Source: Podarcis erhardii
Taxonomy: Eukaryota
Strand: one strand, 5' to 3'
Assembly: GCA_964252035.1 (NCBI GenBank)
Contig: OZ176210.1
Length of the DNA stretch: 64,000 nucleotides
The position numbers and the translations under genes were made by a program. This document shows positions 25,749-38,941 of this stretch, one piece after another. Below the pieces are notes generated by a model, which did not search any database, was not told the origin of the DNA, and saw nothing but the letters and a program-made list of their open reading frames with translations. Each line of letters opens with the position of its first letter. The first letter of the stretch is position 1.

Positions 25749-27494
25749 TAATTAGGTTTCTTCCATGCTCAGTTCAGGGGCTTGTCCCCACTTCCACTTG
25801 TCCTTTTTGACTTGCCCTTTCCCCCTTGCCCCACTCCTTTCCCCCAAGAAAACCCACTCTTTAGCTCTAAATCTGAGCAAATGTTAATCTGGAGAAAACC
25901 TGAATTGCCTTATGATTGAGTGCTAAAAAGCAGTTTCCCCCAGGGGCTGTGAGGAGTTGTGTAAGAAATTTATGCATACTAACCAGGCTTTGAAACTGAA
26001 ACTGAAACTTTGCTCAATATGGCAAGAACCATGCAGAGCAGCCATCAAATCCTCTAGCAGGCCTTGGACTCCACATATGCACAACTGTAAGGGACCCTAA
26101 GCAGCCTCTCTGTGTCACAGGCCAAAAGGGATCTGCATTCCACTATTTGTTTTATTTTTTGCTGTGATGAGGCAGCTGTATTTAAACATGACTTAATAAA
26201 GGAACTTGAATGGAATATAGAATCCACATTGTTTGTAACAGAACTGAGCTGTGTTGTGTTGTTTTTCTGATACACAGCAGTCAGACTACCATTCCTATCT
26301 GTGCAATAAATGCTGGCTGCAGCTGAAGGCTGTTACAGCCCCAAATATCTGGAGGGCGCTAGGTTGGCGAAGGCTGTATTCAACTCTACTGTTGCTGCAA
26401 CCCAACACACACTTACTGGCGAGCAGGACACACTGAGCACAGTGGTGTTCACTTTCAAGTAAATATGTATAGGATTGCATTGCGAACCAGGTTTCCACTG
26501 CAGCAAACATGGTCACTGTTGCAAATGAAACAGACTACAGCCCGTTTCCGAGAGACCGTGAGTATCTTCACCCCACAAGAGAGACTGAGCTACACCCCCA
26601 CCTTTCCCAAGAAGCTCAGGGTAGCACATATAGGCGTTATTCCCCTCCAATAAACAATAAAACAGCAACACAAAATTATTAAATATCCCCCAAGTGCAAC
26701 TGCTGTTAAGAAAGCTTCAAAGGCACTGCAAGATGTTTGTGTTTTGTAAATTTAAAACACTATCCTCACCACAAACTACAGAAGAGAAAAAACAAAGGCC
26801 AAGCAACACAGTGGGAAACAAAAGGCCTTTTCTCATTCTTTTCAAGCACAATATTTACAGAAAAAAGAGGGTAGAAGGAAAAAAGGTTCCAAGGCTAGGC
26901 AAGACCAAAAGAAGTAACAAATCAGATTTTGCACTTCATCCATGGCCCAGATTTCACCTCACCGCATTTTGCTTCTGCAGCCTTGGTTCTGCACTTTGTT
27001 TTAAGAAGTTTAGGGAGGAGAGATCAGGTCATCCTGAGAATCCAGCTAGCCAGACACTTTTAGAAGGAAAGGTTGCTATAACCTTGTCTGTGCCATCAGT
27101 GACAAGAGTCTCTCTAATCCTAGCTGCTGATGCAACTGTTTGAAACACAGCTTGCAATTGGCACGCCAGGTATCATCTGGAAAAGGAGCCAAACACTAGG
27201 ATGTTCTTTTGTTGCACATGCAGGAACACAGAATTCAGGCATGCGCATGGGTGGAGCTTCAGCTATTGATACGGTTTTTTAGCAGAGAGATACAGGATTC
27301 CCTCTTATTACTATTATTTGTTAAATTAGCATGCCACTTTTCATCCAAAGATCACAGGGCAGTTTACTACATAAAAATACAAACGAGAACTAAAGCAAAC
27401 CAATAACTCCTTCCCTCCCACAAACATTTAAAAAGCCATAGAGTGTTAATCAGCCAAAGCCTTAGTTACAGAGAAACGTTTTTGCCTGGCCCCT

Positions 27495-28545
27495 AAAGAT
27501 AAGTAACAAAAAGCGTCAGGCAAGCCTCCCCGGGGGGAGCATTCCACAGATGGGGAGCCACTGCAGAAAGGCCTGTTCTCATGTTGCCACCCTCCAAAAC
27601 ACTCATGGAGGAGGCACACAAAGAAGGGCCTCAGGTGATAATTGCAGGTTCTGGGTCAGTTCATATGGGGAGAGGTGGTCTTTGAGGTACAGTGGTACCT
27701 CGAATTAAGTACTTAATTCGTTCCGAAGGTCTGTTCTTAACCTGAAACTGTTCTTAACCTGAAGCACCACTTTAGCTAATGGGGCCTCCTACTGCCACTG
27801 CGCCGTTGCCGTGTGATTTCTGTTCTCATCCTGAAGCAAAGTTCTTAACCTGAGGTACTATTTCTGGGTTAGCGGAGTGTGTAACCTGAAGCGTGTGTAA
27901 CCTGAAGTGTATGTAACCCGAGGCACCACTGTACTGCAGTCCCGAGATTTATAGATCAAAACCAGCACTTTGAACTGGGCCCAGAAACTTATTGGCAGCC
28001 AGTGTAATACCCTCAAACCAACCACACCAGCTGAAGTTTCCGAAGTATCTTCAGAAGCAGCCCTACATATAACACATTGCAGTAATCTAACACAGAGGTT
28101 ACTAGAGCACAGACAATGTAAGTTAGTCTATCCCTGTCCAGATAGGGGCACAGCTGGGCCACCAGCCGAAACTGATGTAAGGCACTCCTTGCCACTGAGG
28201 CCACCCGACCCTCAAGCAACAGCAAAAGATTCAGAAGTACCCCCAAGCTGCATACACGCTCCTTCAGAAGGAGTGTAACCCCATCCAGATCAGGCAACCT
28301 CCCATCCATATGGGTCTAGGGAACCATTCACTAACAGTGTCTCAGTCTAATCTGGATTGAGCTTCAGTTTGTTGGCTCTCAGTCCATTACCAAGGCAAGA
28401 CAACGGTCCAGCACATCCACTGCTACACCTTCAGATGTAAAGAAGAAGCAGAGCTGTGTGTCATCAGCATATTACTCCAAAGCTCCGGATGACCCCACTT
28501 GGTGGTTTCATGCACCATATTTATCTTGGAAGGATAACGAGTCAT
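27495..28545 (-). mobile_element. L2 LINE ORF2 3' fragment, interrupted by a MITE at 27690-27931
   Basis: YADDTQL reverse-transcriptase motif at 28471-28451, and LDGVTLLLKERVCSLGVLL...VTSVLDYCNVLYVGL. Confidence 0.88.
27690..27931. mobile_element. Tigger/mariner-type MITE, opposite orientation to 25534
   Basis: TA|cagtggtacctc...gaggcaccactg|TA. Confidence 0.88.
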
Positions 28546-28639
28546 GTGAAACCCCAAGAAACCAGATCTGAAAGACACACTCTCTGGAGTAGCCCGTTGG
28601 AAGACATTAACTGCATTACTTACAGGACTGAAGTCTATA

Positions 28640-28890
28640 CAGTCATACCTTGGATCTTGAATGCCCTGGAACGCGGACGTTTTGGCTCCCAAACTCCACA
28701 AACCTAGAAGTGATTGTTCCAGTTTGCAAGCGTTCTTTTGGAACCAGAACATCCGATGGGGCTTCTGTGGCTTCTGATTGGCTGCAGGAGCTTCCTGCAG
28801 CCAATCAGAAGCCGTGATTTGGTTTTTGAACGTTTTGGAAGTCGAACGGACTTCCGGAATGGATTCCGTTTGACTTCCAAAGTACGGCTG
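28640..28890. mobile_element. Tigger/mariner-type MITE
   Basis: TA|cagtcatacctt...aaagtacggctg|TA. Confidence 0.75.
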
Positions 28891-30612
28891 TACCAGCAAA
28901 TAATTTATCTTATTCCTTTCACCAGGTAAATTTCCCCTGTATATCCTACTGTTGTAACTGCTAACACTGCAAAGTTAGTACACCCCCCCCCCGCTCTGCT
29001 CCTAAGAAATAACACTGCAATAATTACAAGTTCATTTAATTATAATTCAGCAATTGAGCTGGAATTTCCATCGCTACATTCTTCTGCAGGCAACACCTCG
29101 GCTCCCGTTTTGAAATGCTCAAGTGCTCTCTTTAATCCTTGCTGTATAAAGCACACCTGCACTCTTCCTTCTGTTGCCATTGCCCCATGAATCTAGGCCC
29201 CAGGAGGTGAAGGTCTGGGATCACAGGATGGGGTGGGGGAGGGGGGGTTTCAATTAATCTGATGTGAGCAAGGAGAGACTTTCTACAGGCACACAAACAT
29301 GGTATCAGCAGGAATTGCAAATACAGAGAAAGCGACACACACACACACACGGGCAAAAATTTAAACACTAAAGAGCTTCAGTGTGACTTAAACTCAGCAA
29401 GGGAGATAACAAATACAGCAGAGTCAGAAGACCCCCCCCCAGGCACGTTTTGGATAAAGAACAACTGATAATAGTGCTCGCATCCAAATTCTGGGAGCAG
29501 GAAGGCACTTATGCAGATAAAAACCGTATAAATCACAGAGATGGAAGGGACATGTGGCCTTCCTGACGTTGTTGTTGGACTCTGGCTTCCATCATCCCCA
29601 GTCACCATGGCCGGTGGTCAGGGAATGATGGGAGTTGTAGTCCAACAACAGCATCAGAAAGGCCACAGGTTTCCCACCCAGATTTATAGTACCATCAGCA
29701 GATGGTACTCATTTCTATAATGCTTGGCCTGTGATCTAGAAACGGAAAGAAAGGTTAGTGGGAGCAGTGGGGATGGGATTTGTGTACGCAGGAGAGAATG
29801 AATGCATGATGAAGGGGAAGGGGAGGGGGGCAGGAGGGCTGTTCTGACCCACTTCTGGCTTCAGCCCGGCTCACTTTGGGCTCTGCCCTTGTCCACCACC
29901 AGCTTAAAGCTCCTAATTTCTCCCACCCACCCACCTAGGGGAAATTGACATAAACTTCTAAAGGGGCTGCCCAGTCCTCTTCTAAAATAACCAACGCTCC
30001 TTGGTATCATCATGAATACTGAATGGAATAGTCATTCCTGACAAAAACAACATGTCCTGGAAAACAGGTAGAGGAGGAGGGGAAGTCTCCCATCTTAGCT
30101 GTTCTCTGTCCCAAGAGGGTGTTCAGAAGCACGCTCAAAAGCGCAGCGAACTCACTTTTAACTCTCTGGTCTTGGCATGCAAGGCAGATGGTACAGGAGC
30201 CTGAACAAGGAGAGACCAGCTCAGGACATTGCCTTCAATGCTAATGCAAGGGATGGCGTATTACATTGTGCATCCACCCACTGCCCCACTTAGTTATCTG
30301 TTCTATGGGTGCTTCCAGACAGGAGCTGAATTTGCAAACCGATCAATGAGATGTTGCAAACAGGTTGCTTTAAAAAAAAAAAAAAAAAAAAAAAAACTTA
30401 CTGGATTTTCCTCAGGAAAGGATAAATCTGGATGAAATTGGAAGGGAGGGGAAGATATATAGCCTGGCATTTGGATGCCAATGACACGTGGATGCTGTAG
30501 GAACAAAAAACCTTACATGTGTCTGCTGCACCAATCCCACAAACACCCATCTGGAAACACCTTGTATATATATCTCTACACAACCGCTTGTTCCACACAC
30601 CGCAGAGCCTAC

Positions 30613-30901
30613 CTTTGGTCAGAGCATGGATTCCAAGCTTCACTTGGGAGAAGTTCCCACTCCCTATTTCCCCTCTGATGCGGTAAAACCCAATCCTCTT
30701 CCCCAGAGTTAACTCTTTAACCACCTTTTCATCCTGGGACATATCCAGAGTCAGTTTCTCCAAAGGCGTCAACCGGCGCTGCCTGCCCTGCTCATCTTCT
30801 GCGTAGACCTCGCTCTTTGTATAGTCCTCTGCACTGTCTTCCCGGTTCCATCTAACATACCGGTGGCTCCCTAGACCGCCATTCGCATATCCTGTGGTCA
30901 T
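30613..30901 (-). CDS. NIM1K: NIM1K coding exon 1 (within a 1115-nt exon, 31727-30613)
   Basis: MTTGYANGGLGSHRYVRW...LTPLEKLTLDMSQDEKVVKELTLGKRIGFYRIRGEIGSGNFSQVKLGIHALTK. Donor AAAG|gtaggc. Exon sum is 1308 nt, giving 435 aa. Confidence 0.97.
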
Positions 30902-31727
30902 AGTCCAGGGGGCGATCACGTATCCATCGGCTTTAGCGAGCTGCTCTGCAGGAAGACCTCGGTGACACGGATGCAGACATGACAAAGCCCGTGACCATTT
31001 AAAACAGAAAGCTAGAGAGGGCTCCAAAACATCGGGCTCGGCACTAAGTCTTATTCGCGGCGTTATCTTCCAGCAAATGCATCACTCCGTTTCGTCCAAA
31101 TAAAACTTAGGAAGCGAAGACCCAACTTGTATCCACATTTAAGCAGCCATTTCAACAAGGGTCACAATCTGCAGGCTTAATGGAAGATTTGCAATTAAAG
31201 GTGTAAACTCTACATCACAAAAGCAAGGAGGGCTGTGCAAAATACAAGGGCATCCTTTTCTCACACTCTCTCTCCAGGCATACAAACAAAGTGCTTGACT
31301 CAGCGTCGGCTGCTGCTGCTTTGAATATGTCCAGGTCCCTTTGAACAGCTGACCTCATCAGGCAGGAGATGATCCGATCCTCCCTCCTTGATTCAGGTCC
31401 CAGTTCAAGAGCCGAAAGCTGCGATTCTTTCATCGCTATGTTCTTTAGCCGGCAACACTTCTGCTGCGGCTTTGAAGTGTCGGGGTGCTTCCTCGGATCC
31501 CTGCTGCAAATAACACACCTGTGCTCTTTGGTGCTGCCATTGTTGGTAGAAGGCTGGCACTGGAGGGTGAAGGCAAAGGCTGTATGCTGACAGAAGAGGA
31601 AGACGGGCGATGAAAACACCACCCTTTCTTGAGTAGCACGGAAGTCACAGCGAAGGATTAACGAACTGCAGTTACTTCACCCCTCCTTCTTTGAAGGCTT
31701 GAGCCTTCTCACAGATGTAATGTGTTC
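30902..31727 (-). other. NIM1K: NIM1K 5' UTR portion of the first coding exon (826 nt)
   Basis: Very strong acceptor ctttaactgatttttattcttttgtacctccctcctcttag| at 31728. The boundary is inferred from the splice signal only. Confidence 0.7.
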
Positions 31728-32374
31728 CTAAGAGGAGGGAGGTACAAAAGAATAAAAATCAGTTAAAGCCTTTGCTTACTGGTTCCAAGCGTTCCCACTG
31801 CACAGTCGCTTTTTTTCCCTCTGCTGTTTTAGAAATCATCACCAGTTGCATCCTGCACTTTAACACTACTCCAAGTAATCAGGGAACTTGCTCACTCTCT
31901 CCTGTTTCCTCCTCTTAACAAGGCATCAAGAGGTTGCAAGGCTAATCTGTGGATCACCAGCATCCTCCAGCCCATATCAGCAAGCATCTGCTGGAGGAAC
32001 AGAGCTGCTGTGCTCTCTTCCCTTTCACAAGGGCAGGGAGATAGCTTTACATAACCCATTAAATAATCCTTTCAGCAGCTCAGTCACTTCTTCGTGAGAT
32101 CCAGAGGTGTACAGAGCCTGGCCCTGGAAATCTTTCAGCTGTGCTTGCTTAACTTCTTAACTATCTTAGTATTCCTATTTCCCCGACACTTACCTACCAA
32201 GTTACAATCTCTGTGGCCTTGCGCCATGGCATCTTTCAAGCTTCGTTTCCAAAATAGGCTCCTATTCCAGGGGTGGCTATAATCTGTGTCCCTCCAGTTG
32301 TTGTAGACCACAACATCCACCAGCCACAGGCAGCATGGCCATGGATGATTAGAGTTGTAGTCCAGCAACATCTA

Positions 32375-32727
32375 GGGACGTGGGTGGCGCTGTGGGTTAA
32401 ACCACAGAGCCTAGGACTTGCCAATCAGAAGGTCGGCGGTTCGAATCCCTGCCATGGGGTGAGCTCCCATTGCTTGGTCCCTGCTCCTGCCAACCTAGCA
32501 GTTTGAAAGCACGTCAAAGTGCAAGTAGATAAATAGGTACCACTCCAGCGGGAAGGTAAACGGCGTTTCCGTGTGCTGCTCTGGTTCGCCAGATACGGCT
32601 TAGTCATGCTGGCCACATGACCTGGAAGCTGTACGCCGGCTCCCTCGGCCAATAAAGTGAGATGAGCGCCGCAACCCCAGAGTCAACCACGACTGGACCT
32701 AATGGTCAGGGGTCCCTTTACCTTTAC
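32375..32727 (+). mobile_element. Sauria SINE (Squam1), full length
   Basis: gggacgtgggtggcgctgtgg head, B-box ggttcgaatccc, (CCTTTA)n tail, target duplication cagcaacatct. Confidence 0.92.
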
Positions 32728-33426
32728 CAGCAACATCTGGAGGACCACAGATCATAACCAGTTCATGCACTAGACCCAGGGTGAGGAACCTTTGGCCTGC
32801 CAGATGTTCCTGAACATCAACTCCCAGCAGCCCCAGGAAGTAATAGCCAATAGCTAAGGGGGATGGGAGTTGGGAGTTCAGCAACATCTGGATGGCCACA
32901 GGTCCGTCTCCCCACTCTTGAGCATGACCTTCGCTCCTCCAGACCAACTGCTCATTTTTACTTGTTTGTTTTGTCTGTGAATGAGCACCAAACCCTCTGC
33001 TTACTTGAAGAACTTCAACCACTCTCCCTGCCAACTGTCAAGTCTAGAATGTGTTCCCAGAACAGTTATGGGGTTCCACCCATCTCTTTCCCTCTCTCTC
33101 TTCTTTCCAGCCTCTCCCTTTTTAGTGGGGCTTTAGTTTGGGGTTTATTTGTAAAAATGTGTTACCCTTAGGCATGGGCAGCCCTTGGCAGTTTAACCCT
33201 TAGCCATGGATGCTAATGTAGCCTGCTTAACTCATTTGGTGGGTTTTTCTGAGCAAAGCTAATATATATTTGACTATAGTAAATAGCACACCAGGAGACA
33301 ATGATATGAGCCCAGATCAATCCTACACTTACAGTTAGCAAAGGTAACAGCAATGCAAAGATCTAAACAAAGCATCTTAAAGATTCCACTTCAAAGACCA
33401 AGCAGCTCATCTAATGTTTACCAAGA

Positions 33427-33603
33427 AGCTCAGATGCAGAGCGTCTTGCTTTTGCATGCACAAGGCCCCAGGATCAATCCCTGGCATCTCCAGGCAAAGC
33501 TGGGCAGCTCCCCTGCCTGAAACCCTGGAGAGCAGCTGCCAGTCAGTGTGGATAATGCTGAACCAAACAGCGCCAACTTCATATAAGGCAGCTTCCACAT
33601 TTC
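33427..33603 (+). mobile_element. tRNA-derived squamate SINE (Squam2-like)
   Basis: gcatgcacaaggccccaggatcaatccctggcatctccagg...cctgaaaccctggagagcagctgccagtcagtgt. Confidence 0.7.
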
Positions 33604-34260
33604 TCAAGGTGAATGAAGTATTTATGTTGGCTTTGTTCTGAGCAATGAGAGTGGTTCCACTGCAAGGAATCAGGAGAAAGCCACAGTGGGTCAAAGGAAG
33701 CATCTCTCCAACAGTGGAAGCTCCTGTGATTCTTGTTAAATATCCTCTCCACAGTAGCTGTTTTACTGGGAATTGTCCTGCTGCTCAAGAACCGATTTAC
33801 AGAATAAACCTTTGGATTACCCTAAGTGCAAAGAGCTAAATTAACTCCATAGAACCCTTACCCTACCAAATGCAAGTAGAGGTCCTTAGTTAAATCTGGG
33901 AGAGTAACAAATGAGGCATTTTCTAGAAAGTTTCTCCCACTGATAACTGGAATACCTCCACTGTGGCGGTTGCCCTAGGATGTGTCAAGGAAAGGGTTAA
34001 AATGGGTGTGAGGTGATTGGCCAGTGAGAATGCGAGGGGGGAGTAAAAGATAGAGTGGGAGGTTTTGAAAAGTCAGTTGAGGTTTGTCAGTTGGGAGTTG
34101 AGGCTTGGGTGTTGGAGAAGGAAGAGGGTGGAATAGGCAGTGGGTTGGTTGAGTTGCATTGTGAAAGAGTGAGAGGAATTGTTAGGGAGTTAGATAGTTG
34201 GGAATAATTCAGTTTGAAATTGTAGGAACTAAGATTTAAGAAACGGACAAGAGAGAAATA

Positions 34261-34526
34261 CAGTGGTGCCTCGCAAGACGAAAAGAATCCGTTCCGCGAG
34301 TCTCTTCGTCTTGCGGTTTTTTCGTCTTGCGAAGCAAGCCCATTAGCGGCTTAGCGGCTTAGAAAAAGGGGGGGAGGGAAAAAAACCCGCAGGAACTCGC
34401 AAGACATTTTCGTCTTGCGAAGCAAGCCCATAGGAAATTCGTTTTGCGAAGCACCTCCAAAACGGAAAACCCTTTCGTCTAGCGGGTTTTCCGTCTTGCA
34501 AGGCATTCGTCTTGCGGGGCACCACT
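34261..34526. mobile_element. Tigger/mariner-type MITE with internal tcgtcttgcga repeats
   Basis: TA|cagtggtgcctcgcaagacgaa...ttcgtcttgcggggcaccact. Confidence 0.85.
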
Positions 34527-36421
34527 TAAACCGAAACCATACGCTTATTCCTGCACTTAAAAATAATCTTGCTATTTGTTTATGTTAACAACTGTCTGGA
34601 CTCCATGTGTCCCCGTGAGAAGGGGGGGGGGGTGGCAGCGAAGAAAGCAACCGCAGTGGTGGCACAGGGTCAATAGACCGTGAAACGTCCGGGGCCCCTG
34701 TGTGATCGCCACATCCACCTTGCTTCACAAGCCACCTCAGCCACCAGCCTGAGAGTTTGGATTGGAAGACCCCTCCCAACCCCCCTGTTACTCTTTGGTG
34801 TATCCAACACTTGTACTGTGACATAGTTCTCCAGACAACCTGTTTATTCACCATTCATCCTGAATTGTTCACACAAAGCTTACACAGTGGTTCAAATAGA
34901 TCCAGTCTTCACTGAGCATTCGTTCTTAATTGTGTACAGGGCAGTCATATGACCAATGAGCAGACGTCCTCATTTGCTTTCGGGTGCTTGCATGCCTTCC
35001 GGTTAATATTTTTACCTACTCACACTTTTCAGTGCATCTCCTTGTCACTTTCCTAACCACAAAAGGTCTGGGTTTTTTTTAAAGAAGATTTGTTGCACTA
35101 GGGCAACAGAGCGCTTTAATCCACTTTCATCGTGCATAGATCTCTCCCGCAAAAATAATGGCAAGTCTGGAAGGCTCCTCGTCTCCTGCATAGGAAGCAA
35201 TACTACTTCTGTGAACACACATGGAAGGTTCATGTATATAGCTGTGTACAGATCATAGGAGCCAATTCCTAGGGGCTGAGGCCCTCCCATAAAATATTTG
35301 GGCACTGCCATTCAAATGGTAGGGGGTGAGCCCCATCATGTGATTGATTATGTGGGACAGGGCTTACCTGCCCTCCCCAATATTTTATTCACAAACAGAT
35401 GCACAAACAGATCTTGAAACACTAGCAGATTTACCCTTGTGGAGTTTTGCACAGAGACACACACTCTCTCTTCAAATTGGGGACCATTTTCAGAACAGCA
35501 GCATTCAGACAGAAAATCCCATGACTCAATCTCAACAGAATAGTCACTGCATACGGACAAATACAATCAGCCTAAGTAAGGGCTTTATCGGCGATCTGCT
35601 TCTCCCCTCCATCCCTGCTCCACCCCCAGGCTATGTAAGGCCTGCTATGACAGCATCATGTGTCCTGCCAATCCCACTATTGCTGCCTTTTATTTATGAA
35701 ATTTGCCACATCACTGTTAAGACTCTGAAACGCTCGGGACTCTAAGGTTTCTGACAAAGCAAAACCAGACACTCAGCGCCGGCTTTTCTATATATGTGGC
35801 GGAGGGGACAGAAATAGCAGAACCAGCTTAGAGGCAGTGCAGCTTAGGACAACAGTGGCAGATGGATATAGCAGAGGAGGAGACGGTTCTGCCCTCCGGC
35901 ACATTCATTATTCAGATTCTATTTTTGTGTTTCTGCTTCACCACTGATGTTAATCCCGCTGCACACGCCATGTACAATTGTGAAAAGGGCGCATCATGGG
36001 CAGGGCAGCATTCGTTCTCACCATTACGTAACCCAAAGACACGCCTGAGCTCCTAACAAAAGATGGTGCAGCAGTTTATCTGACAATGGCAACTTCTAAA
36101 ATTGCAGACCGTGCTGTGCGACTGAGATTTCAGACACAGCTCGCCTCCTAGGGCTTTGTCTGCTGCATTGGTTTAAGATCTGAAGCAGGGAGGCATGGGA
36201 AGCAGCCTCATATACAGCTCAGAACGAGGGCCTTGCCCAGCTGTGCCTGGAAGGGATTGAGCCCAAGATGTTTTGCAGAAGCTCTGCCACTGAGCTACAA
36301 GTAAATCCCTTAGCTGACTGCACCAGAAGCTTGGCACATTATTCATGCCCTTTGACTTGTAGGGCTCCTGTTGTAGGTTGCTGCTACTATGCTGCCAAAC
36401 TCATAGGCACAGAAGTTATGG

Positions 36422-36794
36422 GGTAAAAAAAAGGTAAAGGAACCCTGGATGGTTAAGTCCAGGCAAGGGTGACTATGGGTTTGCGGCGCTCATCTCACTT
36501 TCAGGCCGAGGGAGCCAGCGTTTGTTCACAGGCAGCTTTCCAGGTCATGTGGCCAGCATGACTAAACCGCTTCTGGCACAACGGAACACCGTGACGGAAA
36601 GCAGAGCGCACGGAAACGCTGTTTACCTTCCCGCTGCAGCAGTACCTATTTATCTACTTGCACTGGTGTGCTTTCGAACTGCCAGGTTGGCAGGAGCTGG
36701 GACAGAGCAACGGGAGCTCTCCCTGTCGCAGAGATTTGAACCGCTGATCGGCAAGCCCAAGAGATCCAGTGGTTTAGACCACAGCGCATGTCCC
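36422..36794 (-). mobile_element. Sauria SINE, different subfamily
   Basis: Reverse complement of the Sauria head and body, with an (ACCTTT) tail. Confidence 0.88.
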
Positions 36795-36981
36795 TTCTTC
36801 ATGCAGCACAAAGCTAAACTATGGAAGTCACTCCCCGCAGGAGGCAGTGATGACTACCAACTTGGATGATTCTGAAACAGATTAGAGAATTTCACAGAGG
36901 ATAAGGGCATCAATCAGGCCTGTGCAGACCTTGTCTGATGAATGGGGTGGGAGTGTTGTCCATGAGATGCACCACCTAATC

Positions 36982-37224
36982 CAGGGGTCAGCAAACTTTT
37001 TCAGCAGGGGGCCAGTCCACTGTCACTCAGACCTTGTGGGTGGCCGGACTATATTTTGGAAAAAAAATTGAACAAATTCTTACGCCCCACAAATAACCTA
37101 GAGATGCATTTTAAATAAAAGGGCACATTCTACTCATGTAAAAACATGCTGATTCCCAGACCATCCGCGGGCTGGATTTAGAGAGCGATGGGGCTGAATC
37201 CGGGCCTTAGTTTGCCTACCCATG
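36982..37224. mobile_element. hAT MITE
   Basis: caggggtcagcaaac...gtttgcctacccatg ends, 8-bp duplication acctaatc (36974-81, 37225-32). Confidence 0.88.
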
Positions 37225-38037
37225 ACCTAATCTGACCTGACGCGACACACTAGTAAGCAGTAACGCAGGTCCAGATTTTACTGTCGCAGCCTTGCAGTGC
37301 ATATGGACAAACATGGCAGTTTCACTCATTACGTACCCAGTCAACTGAGAGGTGCAGGGTATTTTTGACATGGCAGTACATCCAGCAAGCCCCTGCCAGC
37401 TCCCCCAGCCTGTTTAGCCCTCTGCGGCCTGGGGCAAGTTTACCAAGCTGCCCCTGCCTCTGCATGCTAGACATAATGGTTCTGTCAAAGGCAGTAATAC
37501 TTCTGAATGCCCATTGCTGGAAACTGCAGGAGGGGAGAGCGCACCTGAGTTCAGGTTCCTCACAGGCATCTGGTTGGCCACTGTGAGAACAGGATGCTCG
37601 ACAAGATGGGCCTTTGGCCTGATCCAGCAGGCTTGTCCTAGCGCTCTTTTTACATCCCTAAATGTGCTACAACAAAACTTGTTTCATTTAAGCCAATTTC
37701 TCTGGGTAACTCCAAAGTTCCACCATTATGAGAAAAAAACAACACCCTCCTCTTCACGCCATGCGCAAAACTCTTTCCTGTTCCCTCTTTTCATAATTGT
37801 TCTAAACCAAACAGTCACAAATGTTTTAGCCTCTCTCTGTCATAAGGAAGTTGCTCTTGCCCTTGTTCATTTTTGTTTGATATTTACAGAGTTCTCTTTT
37901 CTAGAAGCGAGTGATATTTTAGTTCGGAATATGAACCTCCGCAACTTTTAATGCTCTCCTTCAGTCCAAAGAGAGTATTGACGCTCTACAATATCTTCTC
38001 TAGCTTGAAATGCAATCTTCACGACGTGCTTCCTTCC

Positions 38038-38343
38038 CATGGGCCTGGGGGCCGAATCCAGCCCAATCACCTTCTAAATCCAGCCTGCAGATGGTCTGGG
38101 AATCAGCGTGTTTTTACATGAGTAGAATGTGTCTTTTTATTTGAAATGTATCTCTGAGTTATTTGTGGGGCCTGCCTGGTGTTTTTACATGAGTAGAATG
38201 TGTGCTTTTATTTGAAATGTATCTCTGAGTTATTTGTGGGGCATAGGAATTCATTCATCTTTTTTTCAAAATATAGTCTGGCCTCCCACAAGGTCTGAGG
38301 GACAGTGGAATGGCCCCCTGCTGAAAATGTTTGCTGACCCCTG
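38038..38343. mobile_element. hAT MITE, same family as 36982 but inverted, with an internal duplication of about 70 bp
   Basis: Reverse complement of 36982-37224, ending tttgctgacccctg. Confidence 0.82.
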
Positions 38344-38715
38344 TTCTAACCGTTCTCACTAGAAGCATCTCTCTTTCCTGGTGACTGCTGCAATTTAGTG
38401 TGCCAGGGAGCCTGGGTATGTGATTTTCTTAGGGTACCCAAGTCCCCAATAGGGGCATTGGGCATCATGGAAATCACATTTCCCAGGCTCCCTGGCACAC
38501 TAAGGCAGTGGTTGTAGCAATGTTCCAGCAGTTAGCAGGCTGGCTTCCAACAACTTCTCTGCCACTGCTTCCAGACCGAAAGATGTCAAACAGGCCAGAG
38601 GGTCTCATGGGTGCAGTCTAGGGAAGTTTTCGGAACCCATCACACTTCTGGAAACATTGGGATCCCAATGAGGTTTGATTTGGGCTCACAATAATTTCCC
38701 CTGTTTATTTCCATA

Positions 38716-38941
38716 CAGTGGTACTTCAGGTTACATACACTTCAGGTTACAGACTCTGCTAATCCAGAAATAGTGCTTCAGGTTAAGAACTGTGCTTCAG
38801 GATGAGAACAGAAATTGTGCTCCGGTGGCGCGGTGGCAGCAGGAGGCCCCATTAGCTAAAGTGGTGCTTTAGGTTAAGAACAGTTTCAGGTTAAGAACGG
38901 ACCTCCGGAACGAATTAAGTACTTAACCCAAGGTACCACTG
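38716..38941. mobile_element. Tigger/mariner-type MITE
   Basis: TA|cagtggtacttc...aaggtaccactg|TA, collinear with 25534-25748. Confidence 0.88.

Noticed and set aside
30902-31027. In-frame N-terminal extension of NIM1K in the ORF track (MEPSLAF...)
   Set aside because: It starts at a non-ATG codon (TTG). Similarity to NIM1K begins at MTTGY (30901).
35360-35375. Strong minus-strand donor CAG|gtaagc
   Set aside because: It appears to sit inside a small DNA-transposon remnant, with no plausible acceptor or promoter upstream.
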